DNA of 64,000 nt from Octopus sinensis. Lineage: Eukaryota. The position numbers and the translations under genes are program-made. Shown one piece after another: positions 41,709 to 55,160 of the stretch. The notes under the pieces are model-generated. The model ran no database searches. It was not told the origin of the DNA and saw only the letters and a list, made by a program, of their open reading frames with translations. Location of the stretch: NCBI RefSeq assembly GCF_006345805.1, contig NC_043012.1, positions 37,448,001-37,512,000 on the forward strand. Direction: 5' to 3'. How positions within the stretch are numbered: the first letter of the stretch is position 1; every line of letters begins with the position of its first letter.

Positions 41709-43297
41709 TAATATATATATGTTAGAGCGAAAGATATTTGATATCTCTTCAGCGTATCATATATCAGGACATGCGATACTTTTATATTAAAACTGTAATT
41801 TTATCATTAACCGAATATTTAATCTAACCATACCCGCATTAATTTTGAATACATCCCACCCTGCCCGTTTCTCTATTTGTTAAACTATCTTTCTCTTTAA
41901 GCTAAACTTTTATTAGTTTGACAATCTTAATTTCATTTTCCTTTTTCGTACGGATTCATTTCCCAGCCTCTCTTCCCCCCCTCCGCCATAACGCCTGCTT
42001 CTTTTTAATAGTAAATATGCTATCGGCCGTTCTCTACTCTAACAAAACGGCTTCTATTATGTTTAAGCTTAAATTTAGTGGTGCCGATATAAATCCATTG
42101 CTTTCACTATGTATTCTTGTATAATTTAGAACTTATGTTGACTTAAATGTCAGACGATACCTTATAAATTGTAACCAAATTGTCTTGGCTTTGCCGGCTA
42201 CGATCTGGTTTATGTTTGCAGTGTGATTACTGTTCAAACAAGTCTGTTCAAACGACTATGTGTGAGTCCACCGCCTCCCACTTGTACGGGTCTCCCACAC
42301 CGGAGGAGAAGAAGAAGAAAAAAAAAAGAAAACTAGTTACAACAGCCAATGAACGATGATCATAGCAAGCAAACTTAGTTTGTACCGTGTGGACGACATC
42401 TTCACAATTGAATCGCATTTGATGATTTATGTGAAAGATTGACAAGTCTTCAAAACGTAATCTAGTACACACAAGTGATTTTGTAGGATATTAGATAAAT
42501 AACAGACAAAAAATATCATTGAAATAACAAAAATAAGCAAAAAGCAAGCAAACATGAAAGAAAGCAAGACAAAAAAGTAGTTGCAGTAGCAGCAGCAGCA
42601 GCTCTACTAATACTAGTGGGACATAAAAGTGTGCGAAGCAATTATTATATTATTATGGGAAATATTGTTCTTCAGAGGATGTTTGATGTAGAAATATATT
42701 TCGTTTTTAAATATAGACTGTCTGAGAATTTTCCAGAAAGTTTCTCAAATGATACTGTAGCTAAAGTCTTAAACGTCTGTGACTTATTACTTAAGATCCG
42801 CTGCTTAATTAATTGAAGTTTGTTAATAGCTTTTAATTTTGTCGGTCTCTAATTTAAGAAGGCAAATTATTCTTGTTAACACTCTCGTGAAACACACTTT
42901 GGAAATCTTTTGATTTCAGTAAGTAAAAGTGTGTAAGAAAGAAAGAAAGAAAGAAAGAAAGAAAATAGAAGTCTGTTACGGGTGGGTATGAAAGACGGGG
43001 TAGTTACATGAAGTGGGAGGTAGGGAAAGTTGAGACAGGTATCGGGTGCTTTGAAGACTGTTATGGCGATAAACATTTACCCACCCGATATTCTGAACGT
43101 ATCAGAAAAGTCACTCAATATATACCCCACCATACACTCACACACACACGTTTATCGACGCGCACGTGTGTGTGTGTGTGTTCCAGTAATCGTCCAAGAA
43201 TGGCCCGGAGACAAATATTGCATAGAATGGAAATCGGATTTTGTAATCTTATCCAAGAAGCAGTTCTTATCATTGGCTGAGAATGTTTAAGATTAGC

Positions 43298-43333
<36 letters not shown>

Positions 43334-43356
43334 TCTTATTATTGGTATTAACTTAC

Positions 43357-43464
43357 CTTTTCTCTAGAAATTCCTTCTGTTAAAATGAGATATTGGGCAT
43401 TGGGGAATTCAGGTAGTAAAGTCCCTGTCTTGGAGCTTAGAGAGTACTTTCTGGTAAAACCTCC
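43357..43464 (-). CDS. RFX6: RFX6-like exon (exon 7 equivalent)
   Basis: Acceptor ttttttttcag|g, donor aag|gtaagt, 108 nt. [36 protein letters not shown]. Confidence 0.96.
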
Positions 43465-43606
43465 CTGAAAAAAAAAAAGAAAAATAAAAATAAATATTTT
43501 ACCAATTTACAGAGATAATAGTTACCATTTTTCATTTCTCCTCCTCCTCCTCCTCCTCCTCCTCCTTCTCCTTCTCCTCCTTCTTCTTTTTCTTCTACTT
43601 CTCTGC

Positions 43607-43637
<31 letters not shown>

Positions 43638-43870
43638 TCTCTCTCTCCCATGTAATCCTCCTGACTCTTCTGTCTCCTTTTCTCTTCTGTTTCTCTCTTC
43701 TGTCTCTCCCTTCCAGTCATGTCTGTATTTACATCATTATTGGTGTGTCTGTGTGTGTTTGAGCATGTGTGTATGTGTTCAGGGAACGTGGGTTTCCCTC
43801 TACACACACACACACACACAACACACACACACACACACATAAACATATACATATATACATACATACATGC

Positions 43871-43908
<38 letters not shown>

Positions 43909-44307
43909 GTACACATATTTGTATATGTGTCGTATGAATGTGCATGCATGAATGGTTCAAAAAGCATAATGTGTATCCTTTATATATATCTCCATATCTA
44001 GAAAATATATATCCAGACTAGTTCGTAACGTAGGGACATGAGTATGTTTTCTATGAATATTCACTCGAAGTATCCGAGGATGTGAACGCATGCGTATCAT
44101 ATGGAAGTCCAAATGGCACAACAGATGACTTTCGATCAGGCAGCGGGGAAATAATTTGCCACTATCTTTGTAACGACATTCCCTTCGCTTGGAAGGTAAA
44201 CACACCATTTTGGTTGAAATAAATAAAAATATATAAAAAGATAGAAATGTCAAACTACTGCTATGTCTCAATCTAGAATAGTTGTATGCATCTTTTCTGA
44301 TATATAT

Positions 44308-44338
<31 letters not shown>

Positions 44339-44445
44339 GTTGATAAAAATGGTAAGACAGCAAAAGAAAGAAAGAAACCTCGATATTATGTAAATAGAGG
44401 AAATTATCTGTAAATGTAATATGTGACAATTATTCGGTAGCCAAG

Positions 44446-44505
44446 ATAAAACTCCGAGTTTCGGATGCCGAAGTGGAAATCCACGCCGTCATCTCTTCAG
44501 TTATA
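44446..44505 (-). ncRNA. Hammerhead motif in a Penelope-type 3' fragment (44340-44505)
   Basis: tataa-CTGAAGA-gatgacggcgtgg(attt)ccacttcggcatcc-GAA-ACTCGGAGT-T-ttat; long stem II with a few mismatches. Confidence 0.6.
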
Positions 44506-45378
44506 CACACACACACACACACACACACACAGATATGTGTATGTGTATGTTTGTATATGTATATGTATAAGCGGCCTTAAAGGAAGTGTATTTCACCACA
44601 CTACGTTAGTAATCTCTGACCTTCATTGGTTCTAGTAGCTCCGCAGTTTCATGTTGTGAGCCTCTGTCAATAAGATCAACAAAGATGAGTGTGAACTCCG
44701 TACTGCATTAAGGTGCAAATGCCTCCAAAATATAACAACCTACGTGGTCCTGGTGTTTTGTACGATAATAGTGGCCAGCAATTGTGCAACAGAGGCATAG
44801 ACGGACCGAGGTAGTTTTCCACCTGTTTTCCGTCTGTTTTTCAATGCAAAGAAAACTGCGTGGATATGACCATGAATGGGGATGAAAGCTACCAGCCAGT
44901 TTGTGTCCAAATGTGAATGACACGACCCCACCAATTCAGAAGAACAGAGACCATAGTAGTAGTGGTAGAAAAAGTAGAAAGAGGGAACAGCACGTCCGTG
45001 GGTTAGAGGCTGCAGTATGTCGATGTCTTTGACTAAAAGCGGTGACTTGAGGGCTGCCTATTGTCAAAGAGTTCGTGGTATAAAGATAGAGATCTCGAGT
45101 AGTTAATTTGTGTGGAGGTTCAGTTTCCAACAGTCTGTCACATTCTAGTGATTTCTTTGGCTTTGTCATTCGGCACTTCGCCAATTAATTGTGTTTCACT
45201 CATTACAGTAAATCGGACACAAAACAGAAATTCAAATATTTCCTAAAATATGAATTCAAATATTTCCTTTTGTGCGAGTGAAATGTCTTGTCTGTTGATG
45301 ACGTCAGGAGAATGTTTGGTTTTTCAAGAAAACCGGTTGTTCTATAAATAGTTTCTGTTGACATAATAAAAAGAAACA

Positions 45379-45419
<41 letters not shown>

Positions 45420-47020
45420 ACACACACACACACACCACACACACACACACAAAATACAAAATACGAAAAACAAATGTGAAAGAATCAAAAGGAAATGAAA
45501 TTTATTCATAAAAATCGATGCCGCTCTTATGTTATGAAGATGAAAGAGTTGGAAGGAGACTTGATTGTTGGTAAATGTAGATTGGAGTCGGGACGGGGTT
45601 GATGGCCGTAGGGGGGAGTGAGGGGGGAGTGATAATGAAGGAAGTGTAAACGATAAAATAGAAAGAGGAGTGGGAGAAGGGAAAGAAATGTATGTGCGAT
45701 AGACGAGTACATCAATAAATTCGAGGTGGTACCCTTGGAGACAGCGAGTATAGGGTGGGCTGTCACGAAGAGACAAGAGTTAAGTTAATAAGGGAGGCCA
45801 GTATAAAAAAGCTGTATATAATGACCAGCGTTGTTCTTTAGATTCTCTCCATCCTCTTTGATTGACGTGTGTACGTTGAGTTGGGAAGCCAAACTCGCTG
45901 CCCAAACTTAGACAAACAAAATAACCCATTTACATTGATTTACAGAACAACATTCATTTGGACCAGGTTTTCGGTTTGTTCACTTCTCAAATCCCACCAC
46001 CTTCTACCCACCTACACACCCCAACTTCCCAGTGTTATGGCGTGGGTTGAGAGCATTTTCGCTTTCAATCCCTCTCTAACTCATCCACGCATTCTATTAT
46101 AACTCTCCTTCACCTGCACAAAATGGCTTATTTTTCTTTTTTTCCTTTAAGCACCTAATTTTTTTCAACTCACTTTTAGAGAGCTCTACTCCTTGCTATC
46201 ATACGCTTCTCTCTCGTTCTCTCTGTTTCCTTTTCTCTCTCTTCTCCTCCATCTCTCACTCAATATTTTTTTACTGTTACTATTTCTCTTTGTTTACCGA
46301 TCTTTCAGACTTTTCATACGCGTGCTCCCTCTAGTCGGTCAAAGCTATAAATTTTAACTGTAGTAGTAGTAGTAGCAGTATTAGCAACACCAGCAGCAGC
46401 AGCAGTTCCTGTTGTAAAGTTATACTTAAAATAAAAGCAAACAGCAGTCCGATAGAGACTTGTCTATCTGTCACTGAGGGTTCGAATCTGTCTGTAGTCT
46501 CTATGACACCACAACCCCTTCCAGAGATAATTTATACACGTCCAAATGGTTAATTTATAAACTTCTAGTGTTAATTATTATAAGACATCGACGACAATCG
46601 TCTTAAATTTTTTTCCTTTCAATGACATCACTCCCCCCCCGCTTCTCTCTGTTTCCAACATTCTTTTACCTTACCCTTTTCCATGTGTTTCAGTTACTGG
46701 ACTTCGAAAATGCTGGGGCACCGCCTTGAAGAGTGTCTTTTCTACAGATGTGTAACCGACCCCTACGATTTTGTAGCCTCATAACTTCCAGAAATATGGA
46801 TACTTTTTAACGAATGCTGTAGATCCAGACTGCATAGGGATCCGTTGGAAAGAATTTTTCCGAGGGTGGAGTGTGGGGAAGGAGCGAGAAGAGAGAGAGA
46901 GAGAAGATAGAGAGAGAGAGAAGAGTAAGAGAGATAGACAAACAGACAGAGGAAGAAAGATATTTATGACTAAATATAAAAATGCCACAGGAAAATAATT
47001 GAATTTGTTGCAATACTTAC

Positions 47021-47048
47021 TTCATTCTTTAACTTGCAACCAGAAAAC
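47021..47048 (-). CDS. RFX6: RFX6-like 28-nt microexon (exon 6 equivalent)
   Basis: Acceptor taatttgtag|g, donor gaa|gtaagt, phase 2 to 0. (R)FSGCKLKNE versus human FSGSKLKNE. Confidence 0.93.
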
Positions 47049-47073
47049 CTACAAATTAATAATAATAATAATG

Positions 47074-47131
<58 letters not shown>

Positions 47132-47160
47132 GAAGAAGAAGAAGAAGAAGGAGAAAGAGA

Positions 47161-47212
<52 letters not shown>

Positions 47213-47241
47213 GAAGAAGAAGAAGAAGAAGGAGAAAGAGA

Positions 47242-47301
<60 letters not shown>

Positions 47302-47313
47302 TAAAAATTGTAA

Positions 47314-48218
47314 AGTCTCTTTACAATTTAAAAAAATTATTACAAAGGCAGTTGATGAGATATTTTAACCAGATTTATTTTATTTTAATAATTGTTTATT
47401 AAAGTTTTTATTGATAATAAATTTTTGTGTTTCAGATACTCTGTTGATGGAAGGGAACTGATTCACTGAATCCCTATAAAATGAGGATGAAGTATTCCTC
47501 AAGCGAGTTTGTTTTAGTGACGAGGCGACTTTCATGTTTCAGGGAAATTAAACAGACACAATTTGAGAATCTGGGGATCAGAACACCCCCATGTGACTAG
47601 GGAGCTTCAATGGGATAGTCCAAAAGTGAATGTGTGGTGTGGAATCATGTGCAATCGAATAATTGGTCCATTTTTCTTCAACGTGGCAACAATTACTGCA
47701 GATGTTTACCTCGACCTTCTGACCGAATATGTGGCACCACAACTGACTGATTTACAACCAACCATCAATTTCCAGCAAGATGGTGCACTAGCACATTGGG
47801 GACGGCCTGTTCGTCAGTTCTTCAATCAAACATTTCCAGACCGATGGATTGGAAGGGATGGGCCAATTCCATGGCCACCACGTTCACCAGATATCACTCC
47901 TTTGGACTTCTTTTTATGGGGTTATGTAAAAGATATCGTGTATCAAACAAAGATACGGGACATTGCTGACTTGAAGCAAAGGATTCGTAATGTCATTGCC
48001 ACCGTTGATGAGGCTATCTTACAGCGAACATGGCAAGAAATCGAGTAACATCTTGATGTGCTTCGAGCAACTAATGGTACCTATATTGAGGTCTATTAAA
48101 TAACTGTTAAAAAAACTTTAATAAACAACTATTACAATAAAACAAATCTGGTTAAGATATCTTGTCAACTGCCTTTGTAATAAAATTTTTAAATTGTACA
48201 GAGACTGTATGGACCCTG
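47314..48218 (+). mobile_element. Internally deleted Tc1/mariner element, DD41D (rosa-type) transposase remnant
   Basis: FSDEAT, FQQDGA and WPPRSPDITPLDFFLWG motifs with 41 residues between the second and third Asp; ~100 bp terminal inverted repeats (47314-47410 vs 48110-48218); right end followed by TA; outer left end lost. Confidence 0.88.
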
Positions 48219-48294
<76 letters not shown>

Positions 48295-48663
48295 CTATAT
48301 ATATATATAATCCAATATAACTTACATTCCCTTAAGTTTTAAAGAGGGCAAGGTGGCGCTTCTGTATTCCTCTTCTATTGTCTGAACATACCTTTAAAGA
48401 TGGCTTCCATAATCAATAAGTAAATAAGTTTTATTGAGGCTGTCAATAAAGTTTCGAAATCTTTTTAATGCCTCGATATTGAAGGGAAATTGTTTGAACA
48501 CAGGTTATATCAGTTACCTTTGGTGTGATTAAAGGAACTATTTATCGGTTACCACACAGTCTAATTTTATGAAATATCGATCTTAAATTTGAGTAATGAA
48601 TACTGTGAATAATGATTATTGAGTAAAAGTGATGTGGATTAAAGTAAAAAAGTGATTACTTAC

Positions 48664-48741
48664 CGAGTGAGACCTTTGCCTGAGTAAACAGAATGATAAT
48701 ATTGACTAGTTTCTCGGATACCAATTCCATAATAATGGTAT
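48664..48741 (-). CDS. RFX6: RFX6-like exon (exon 5 equivalent), end of DNA-binding domain
   Basis: Acceptor ctatattccag|a, donor tcg|gtaagt, 78 nt, phase 2 to 2. (K)[25 protein letters not shown](R). Confidence 0.96.
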
Positions 48742-49208
48742 CTGGAATATAGAACGTATTTAGAGGCTTATATAAAGTTATATGTCTATGCGTGCATGGG
48801 TAAATATTTATGAGTTAAGGGTCAAAGGTTCACTCCGAGCAATAGCCTCTTAAGGCCGGTTTCACGGACTCTTCGGTGTATGTATTCCCCACCTGGATGG
48901 GACGAATGTCCGTCGCAGAGTTACTCTTTTTTGTTAGTTGACTGGTCTGCAGTTTGTTTTGTTCAACAAACAGAACGCATCACCCGGTCCAGGAATCGAA
49001 ACCACAAGTTGTTGGGTAAGGTGTTGCAGTAGAAAATTTCCGGTTTCTAACTAGACATTCGTCTGTCAAGGATTATATTGGCTGATGTATGTATGTATGT
49101 ATGTATGTATGTATGTATGTATGTATGTATGTATGTATGTATGTATGTATGTATGTTTGTATGTATGTATGTATGTATGCATGCATGCATGCATGCATGT
49201 GTATATGC

Positions 49209-49241
<33 letters not shown>

Positions 49242-49976
49242 TGTATGTATGTATGCATGCATGTATGTATGTATGTATGTATGTAAGTATGCATGCATAC
49301 ATGCATGTATGTATGTATGTATGCATGTATGTATGTATGTATACATGTATGTATATATGTATGTATGTGTATGTATGTACATGTATAAATATATATGTAT
49401 TTATGTGTACACACACACACACACATATATATAAATGTATCTGTATATATGCATATGTGTATATAAATGTATGTTTGTGTATTTACGTATATATCAATAA
49501 ATGTGTATGTGTATATTTGTATAAGTGTATACATATGTATGTGTATATGTACATATATATGAGTATATGTACATATATATGTACGTATATATAGGTGTTT
49601 ATGCGTATGTGTATACATGTGTGTGTGATTACATGTGTATGTATATAGATATATAAAACGTTTGTATGTGTGTGTGTGTGTTGTGTGTGTGTGTGTGTGT
49701 GTGTGTTTGTTTGCGTGCGTGTGAGTGCGAACAAGTTTGGGAATCAAAAATAATGAGTTAAGTAAAACAATTATACATTCCTCTGTATTTTCTGAATAAA
49801 AACGAAAACAATAACGAAAATAAAAAAATAAAATTTTACTTTGCTAAATTCACTGTTTTGGTGTTTTAGCTTTAAGATATTTTGTCATAATTCAGCTAAA
49901 AAATATTATTCGATATATATGTATATATATGTTCATAAATTTATAAATGTATGTGCATTATATATCATATATATAT

Positions 49977-50019
<43 letters not shown>

Positions 50020-50212
50020 TATATATATATAGATATCAATATATATATATGTATATATATGTATGTATATATATTATATATACATATATACATATATATA
50101 TATGTTTATTATAAATGTTTATAAACATTCATTTGCTTGGCCGGAGTGAGCAGTTGTCTGTTGCGTCTTCGCTACGTAAGGTTGTTGTTTATTTATGATG
50201 TGTTCAGAATCA

Positions 50213-50269
50213 GTTCTGCTGATGATCATAAGACGTAAGTTGAATGTGAAATCACGGTGATACAAGAAC
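50213..50269 (+). ncRNA. Hammerhead motif with near-palindromic stem III
   Basis: gttctg-CTGATGA-tcataagac(gtaa)gttgaatgt-GAA-ATCACGGTGAT-A-caagaac; U-U at the 10.1/11.1 pair. Confidence 0.6.
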
Positions 50270-50943
50270 TAAATTCATTTTTAAAATGTCTTGCTTGAAA
50301 AACTGGCATTTGGGTATGATTAGTATAATTTTGGTAGTAATGACTTTGTCCCTCCTAGTGTGAGGCATTTATGTGTAATAATGCCCTCTATACAAATATA
50401 GATATAATTAATTTGTTCAAAAGAAAAAAATTATTTTCGAATTCTTTTCTTTTACGAGGTTTTCACGCTAGCTACCCGATAATTTCTTGTTAAGATCCCT
50501 TATTAAGAGATTATCCTTAATTGTTAAACTTATATATATTATATACCCTATAAATGTATATATATTATATATTATATATATGTATATATATATCAGTAGA
50601 TATATTATATATACATAAAATATAGATATATCTATATATACCATATATATGTATGTATTATATATATATGTATATATATAATAATAGATATATATATTAT
50701 ATATAATATATATAATATATATATATATACATATATACACATTACTATTTGTGTGTGTATGTGTGTGCTTGCGTGCGCACGCCTGGCTATGTTTTTATGT
50801 ATGTGTGCATGTATGGATGTATTTATGTATGTATATATATTTACATGTGTATATATAAGTACATGTGTATAAATACGCATAAACACACACACGCACACAT
50901 ATATGTATATACGTATATATGTGTGCATGTGTATGTATATGTA

Positions 50944-52228
50944 CAGGATGCGGTCAATAAATTTTCGTTTGAATTACGTAAAAATGAAAATAACACTGAC
51001 AACTCATTTTAACAGATATATTTACCAAAATTACATAAATATATCTTGAAATACTAAAGTGTAAATTTATTCATTAAAATTGCCATTAGCTTCAATCACA
51101 GCCTCCAGACGACTTCGTAATCTCCTGCAACTCTTCTAGACAGTCTCCTTGCTTAAGTTGGTGAATGCTACCATAATCTTTGCCTTCAGTTCATCTTTGG
51201 TGTTACAGGGAGTTTTGTTGACCTCCCGCTCAACTGCGCCCCACGCATAATAATCAAGGGAGTTGCAGTCTGGGGAGTTGGGTGGCCAGATGTTAGGGGT
51301 CATGTGATCGCAGAAATCGTCTGACAGCCGTGACTAGATTGTCCTGCTTGTGTGGCATGGTACTGAGTTCTGTTGCCAGACATAGGGTCTTCCAGCAGCC
51401 ACGTTCTTGACCCAGGGCAGCACTACCTCTTACAGACACTTGATGTAGGCCTCAGTGTTGAGTCTGAGGCCGTGTGAGAAGATGAATGAAGGCATAACGT
51501 CGCCATCACTAGTGATCCCGCTAAACACCATGATGTTGACTGGATGTTTGATTTTTATCACTCTCGGTACACGTTTTGTGGATATGGCAAATCAACGGTT
51601 GTTCTGTGTGTTCATCATCTGATCCTGGCAGAAAGCCAAAGCATGTTCGGTTGGAGAGGATGCTTGAGTTTGCTGAAATGATTAGTAGAGCTGTCTTTCT
51701 TCTCGTTCTTGATGCCTTGGAATAAAAATTGGCCCTCTAACATCTTGTATGAGAAATACTGGATGTCTTCATGCATTACTCGCCTGACAAGAAACTCAGA
51801 CATTCCCATGTCCCTGGCGTTGGACTTGATTGACTTAGAGGGATCGTTTTCAATTATGGGCTGGATCTCACCAACAAATTCAGGAGTTCTTTTCTTATCA
51901 GAACGACCAGAGTGAGTTTTCCGAGCTGCCTTACCTCCGTAATCACCACGAGACTCATCCAACTCCTTTTAAATCCTCTGCACTGTCCTCGGATTGACAC
52001 CCAAATACTCTCAAATGTTCGTGTTGGAGCTTCTGGTGCGAATGCCAAGCAGGACAACATGTCGTTTTCAAATTTCTGGCCGAGAGAATTGCGTCATGGT
52101 GCCGTTTTTCTCACAGACGGTGCCCAACTGACCCTACTATACTGTGTAGTCGACAAAACCAAAAACAAACAATCCATATGCGCGAAATTTAAAACATGAA
52201 ATAGTGACAATTTATCCATCGTACCCTG
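50944..52228 (-). mobile_element. Decayed full-length Tc1/mariner element, DD37D (maT-type)
   Basis: TA on both sides; imperfect ~24 bp TIRs (caggatgcggtcaataaattttc vs cagggtacgatggataaattgtc); transposase WQQN(D)SVPCHT...WPPNSPDCNSLDYYAWG with 37-residue spacing, an in-frame stop and frameshifts. Confidence 0.85.
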
Positions 52229-52620
52229 TACGAATAATTACATACATACATACATACATGCATGCATACATACATACATATGTATTATATATATATATAT
52301 ATATATATATATTCACATGTATGTATGTATATATACATATATATTTGTATGGCACACATATATATATGTGTAAATACATATATATGTATACGTAAATATG
52401 TACAGATGCATCCATATATATACAAACATACATACATATACACAGACATATATAATACATATAAATATATATATATATATAATCTAGCAATAAGGGTTTA
52501 GCACGAGTTTGCTTACCAATACCGATTTTAGAAATACAGTCAAAGGTTACAGCTATTTCTTCTACTACAAAAAGGGAATCTCAGTAAAACCAGCATTGGA
52601 GGCAGACCAAATAAGAGAAT

Positions 52621-52660
<40 letters not shown>

Positions 52661-52967
52661 ATATTAATACATACGCACCTATGTACATGTATGCGTATGT
52701 ATAATTTATATATATATATATATATGCATATATGTGTGAATGTACTATGTATGTGTTATAGCTATATATTTTATGTGTGTATAAGTGTGTGCGTGAGTGC
52801 GTGCGTGTGCGTGTATGTGCATGCGCGTGTGCTTATAGGTTCTATGAACGTGTGTAGATGTTTCGTTGCTGTGAGAGTTACATGCTAACTATTGTTTTCT
52901 AAAGAACCTCCCAAAGAATATCTCTCTACGAGGTGGCCACAGTTTGGAATTGGAAATGTCCACTTAC

Positions 52968-53029
52968 TTGGAATGTCCACGTGTGCCCAGACGTCTGGTA
53001 GTGAGATGTGGAAACTTCTGGCGAATCGT
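52968..53029 (-). CDS. RFX6: RFX6-like exon (exon 4 equivalent), DNA-recognition wing
   Basis: Acceptor ttccttttcttttag|a, donor caa|gtaagt, 62 nt, phase 0 to 2. TIRQKFPHLTTRRLGTRGHS(K). Confidence 0.97.
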
Positions 53030-53070
53030 CTAAAAGAAAAGGAAGAAGAAGAACCTTAACATGGTAAATG

Positions 53071-53479
53071 TTACTCTCTTTATTCTTTTACTCTTTTACT
53101 TGTTTCAGTCATTTGACTGCGGCCATGCTGGAGCACCGCCTTTAGTCGAGCAACTCGATCCCGAGACTTATTCTTTTGTAAGCCCAGTACTTATTCTATC
53201 GGTCTCTTTTGCCGAACCGCTAAGTAACGGGGACATAAACACACCGGCATCGGTTGTCAAGCAATGCCAGGGGAACAAACACAGGCAGACACACACACAC
53301 ACACACACATATATATGACAGGCTTCTTTCAGTTTCCATCTACTAAATCCACTGACAAGGCTTTGGTTGGCTTAAGGCTATAGTAGAAGACACTTGCCCA
53401 AGGTGCCACGCAGTGGGATTGAACCCGGAACCATGTGGTTGGTAAACAAGCTACTTACCACACAGCCACTCCTGCGCCT
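53071..53479 (-). mobile_element. tRNA-derived SINE family A, tail ~40 nt upstream of an RFX6 acceptor
   Basis: Reverse complement of the 35439-35853 type. Confidence 0.85.
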
Positions 53480-53735
53480 GTTGTGGGAGATATTCTTTCG
53501 CTCAAAATGCCATTTCGCCCAACGTCTCTCTCTAAGTTTCCCTCACTCTTCATCCAGTCTTCATTTCCTTTTTCTCTTTGTCTGTCTGTCACTCACGCAT
53601 TCAATATACCTCATGGCTTTTTATATTAATTTTTGTATATACATTAGCTATTCGCTAAAAACCATCCATAAATTTTTTATGGAAAATACATATATGCTGA
53701 CGGTAATTAATCCCGGAAATAGCCGAACGAGCAGT

Positions 53736-53786
53736 CCATACCGAAGAGGCTACGGAAATAGCCGAAACTGAACGTTCAGTATAGGG
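53736..53786 (+). ncRNA. Type I hammerhead ribozyme motif (CCGAAGA core variant)
   Basis: ccata-CCGAAGA-GGCTA(cggaaa)TAGCC-GAA-ACTGAACGTTCAGT-A-taggg: 5 bp stem II, palindromic stem III, GUA cleavage triplet, stem I with one mismatch. Confidence 0.75.
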
Positions 53787-54030
53787 AATTCTCGAATCAG
53801 TGTTTTTGGGAGATTGCAGCCCCTGTGAACATATATGTATACAATTATATGCTTTTACTACAGCATTAGAGGATTTTAACTCTTATTTCTAGAAATGTAG
53901 GTGTCTTGACACCCTTAGTCGCATTTAGTATCAATTATATCATATATTATATTCATATGTATGTTTATATATATATATATATATATTTTCCATGCTGACG
54001 ATAAACTAGGATACATTCATTCACCTATTT

Positions 54031-54122
<92 letters not shown>

Positions 54123-54826
54123 AATATAATCTATCTGTCTATCATCTATTATCTCTCTATAAATCCAGCTTTTAAAAAATACCCCAAAGAAAGAAATAAT
54201 CGTGGTAACATGGAACCTAAATTATAATTTTGCTCTCTTTACATTTCGTATTTTTTTTTCGGGATATACATTTTATATTTTTTTTAATACTACAGTAATT
54301 TACCCAATTATTCTAAATAAATAAGTTTTATAATCAGCATCGTTTCTTATGTTTATTCTACTACCTGGAGATATACGTTTAGAAGTTTTTTTCTTATCAG
54401 AAATTAAACGAAAAAGAAAAATTTTTCTGTTTATAACTCGGGGAAAAAATAAAAGTAAACAAACAAACAAAAATATACAATTAAAGTAAAAAGGTACAAA
54501 AGAAAACTTAAATTTTTAGAAATAAAATGCATCAGAAAGTTTGATATATTTTGTGACAAAGTTCTCCAGAAGATGTTCGTTTATACAAAATTCCTGCAAA
54601 ATTCAATGTAAATCTTTATCGTACAGCAGGACCCTATATACCAGCTTTCCTCAACCACGGTTCAAAGGGCCACATGCATCCCTTAAGCACTATTCCGGCG
54701 GCCTTCGACAGTCTTCTTTCTATCAATATAATAAATTCTTCTTTAACAGACTTACGATTTTGTTTTGTTGGTGTGTGTGTGTATGTGTATCTCTCTCTCC
54801 CTCTCTCCCTTTTTTTTTCTATCTAC

Positions 54827-54883
<57 letters not shown>

Positions 54884-54956
54884 CCGGAGTAAACACATAA
54901 ATGTGAAACAAGGTGGAAAAAGGAGTACTCAAATACCAGGGGTAGAGTAATATGCT

Positions 54957-55127
54957 TTATTTAAAGCAGCAGAAAATTCAACAAAACCTGTTACACTGAG
55001 TTTCCCGTTGCCGTTCATCGGACAGTTTTTGCTAGAATTTGCAGTTTTTCTAGCAAAAACTGTCCGATGAACGGCAACGGGAACTCAGAGTAACAGGTTT
55101 TGTTGAATTTTCTGCTGCTTTAAATAA
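54957..55127. ncRNA. Palindromic Penelope-type end carrying a hammerhead motif on each strand
   Basis: ~80 bp inverted arms around a 10-nt loop; each arm reads aaaaactgt-CCGATGA-acg(gcaa)cgg-GAA(A)-CTCAG(A/T)GT-A-acaggtttt. Confidence 0.7.
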
Positions 55128-55128
55128 G

Positions 55129-55160
<32 letters not shown>

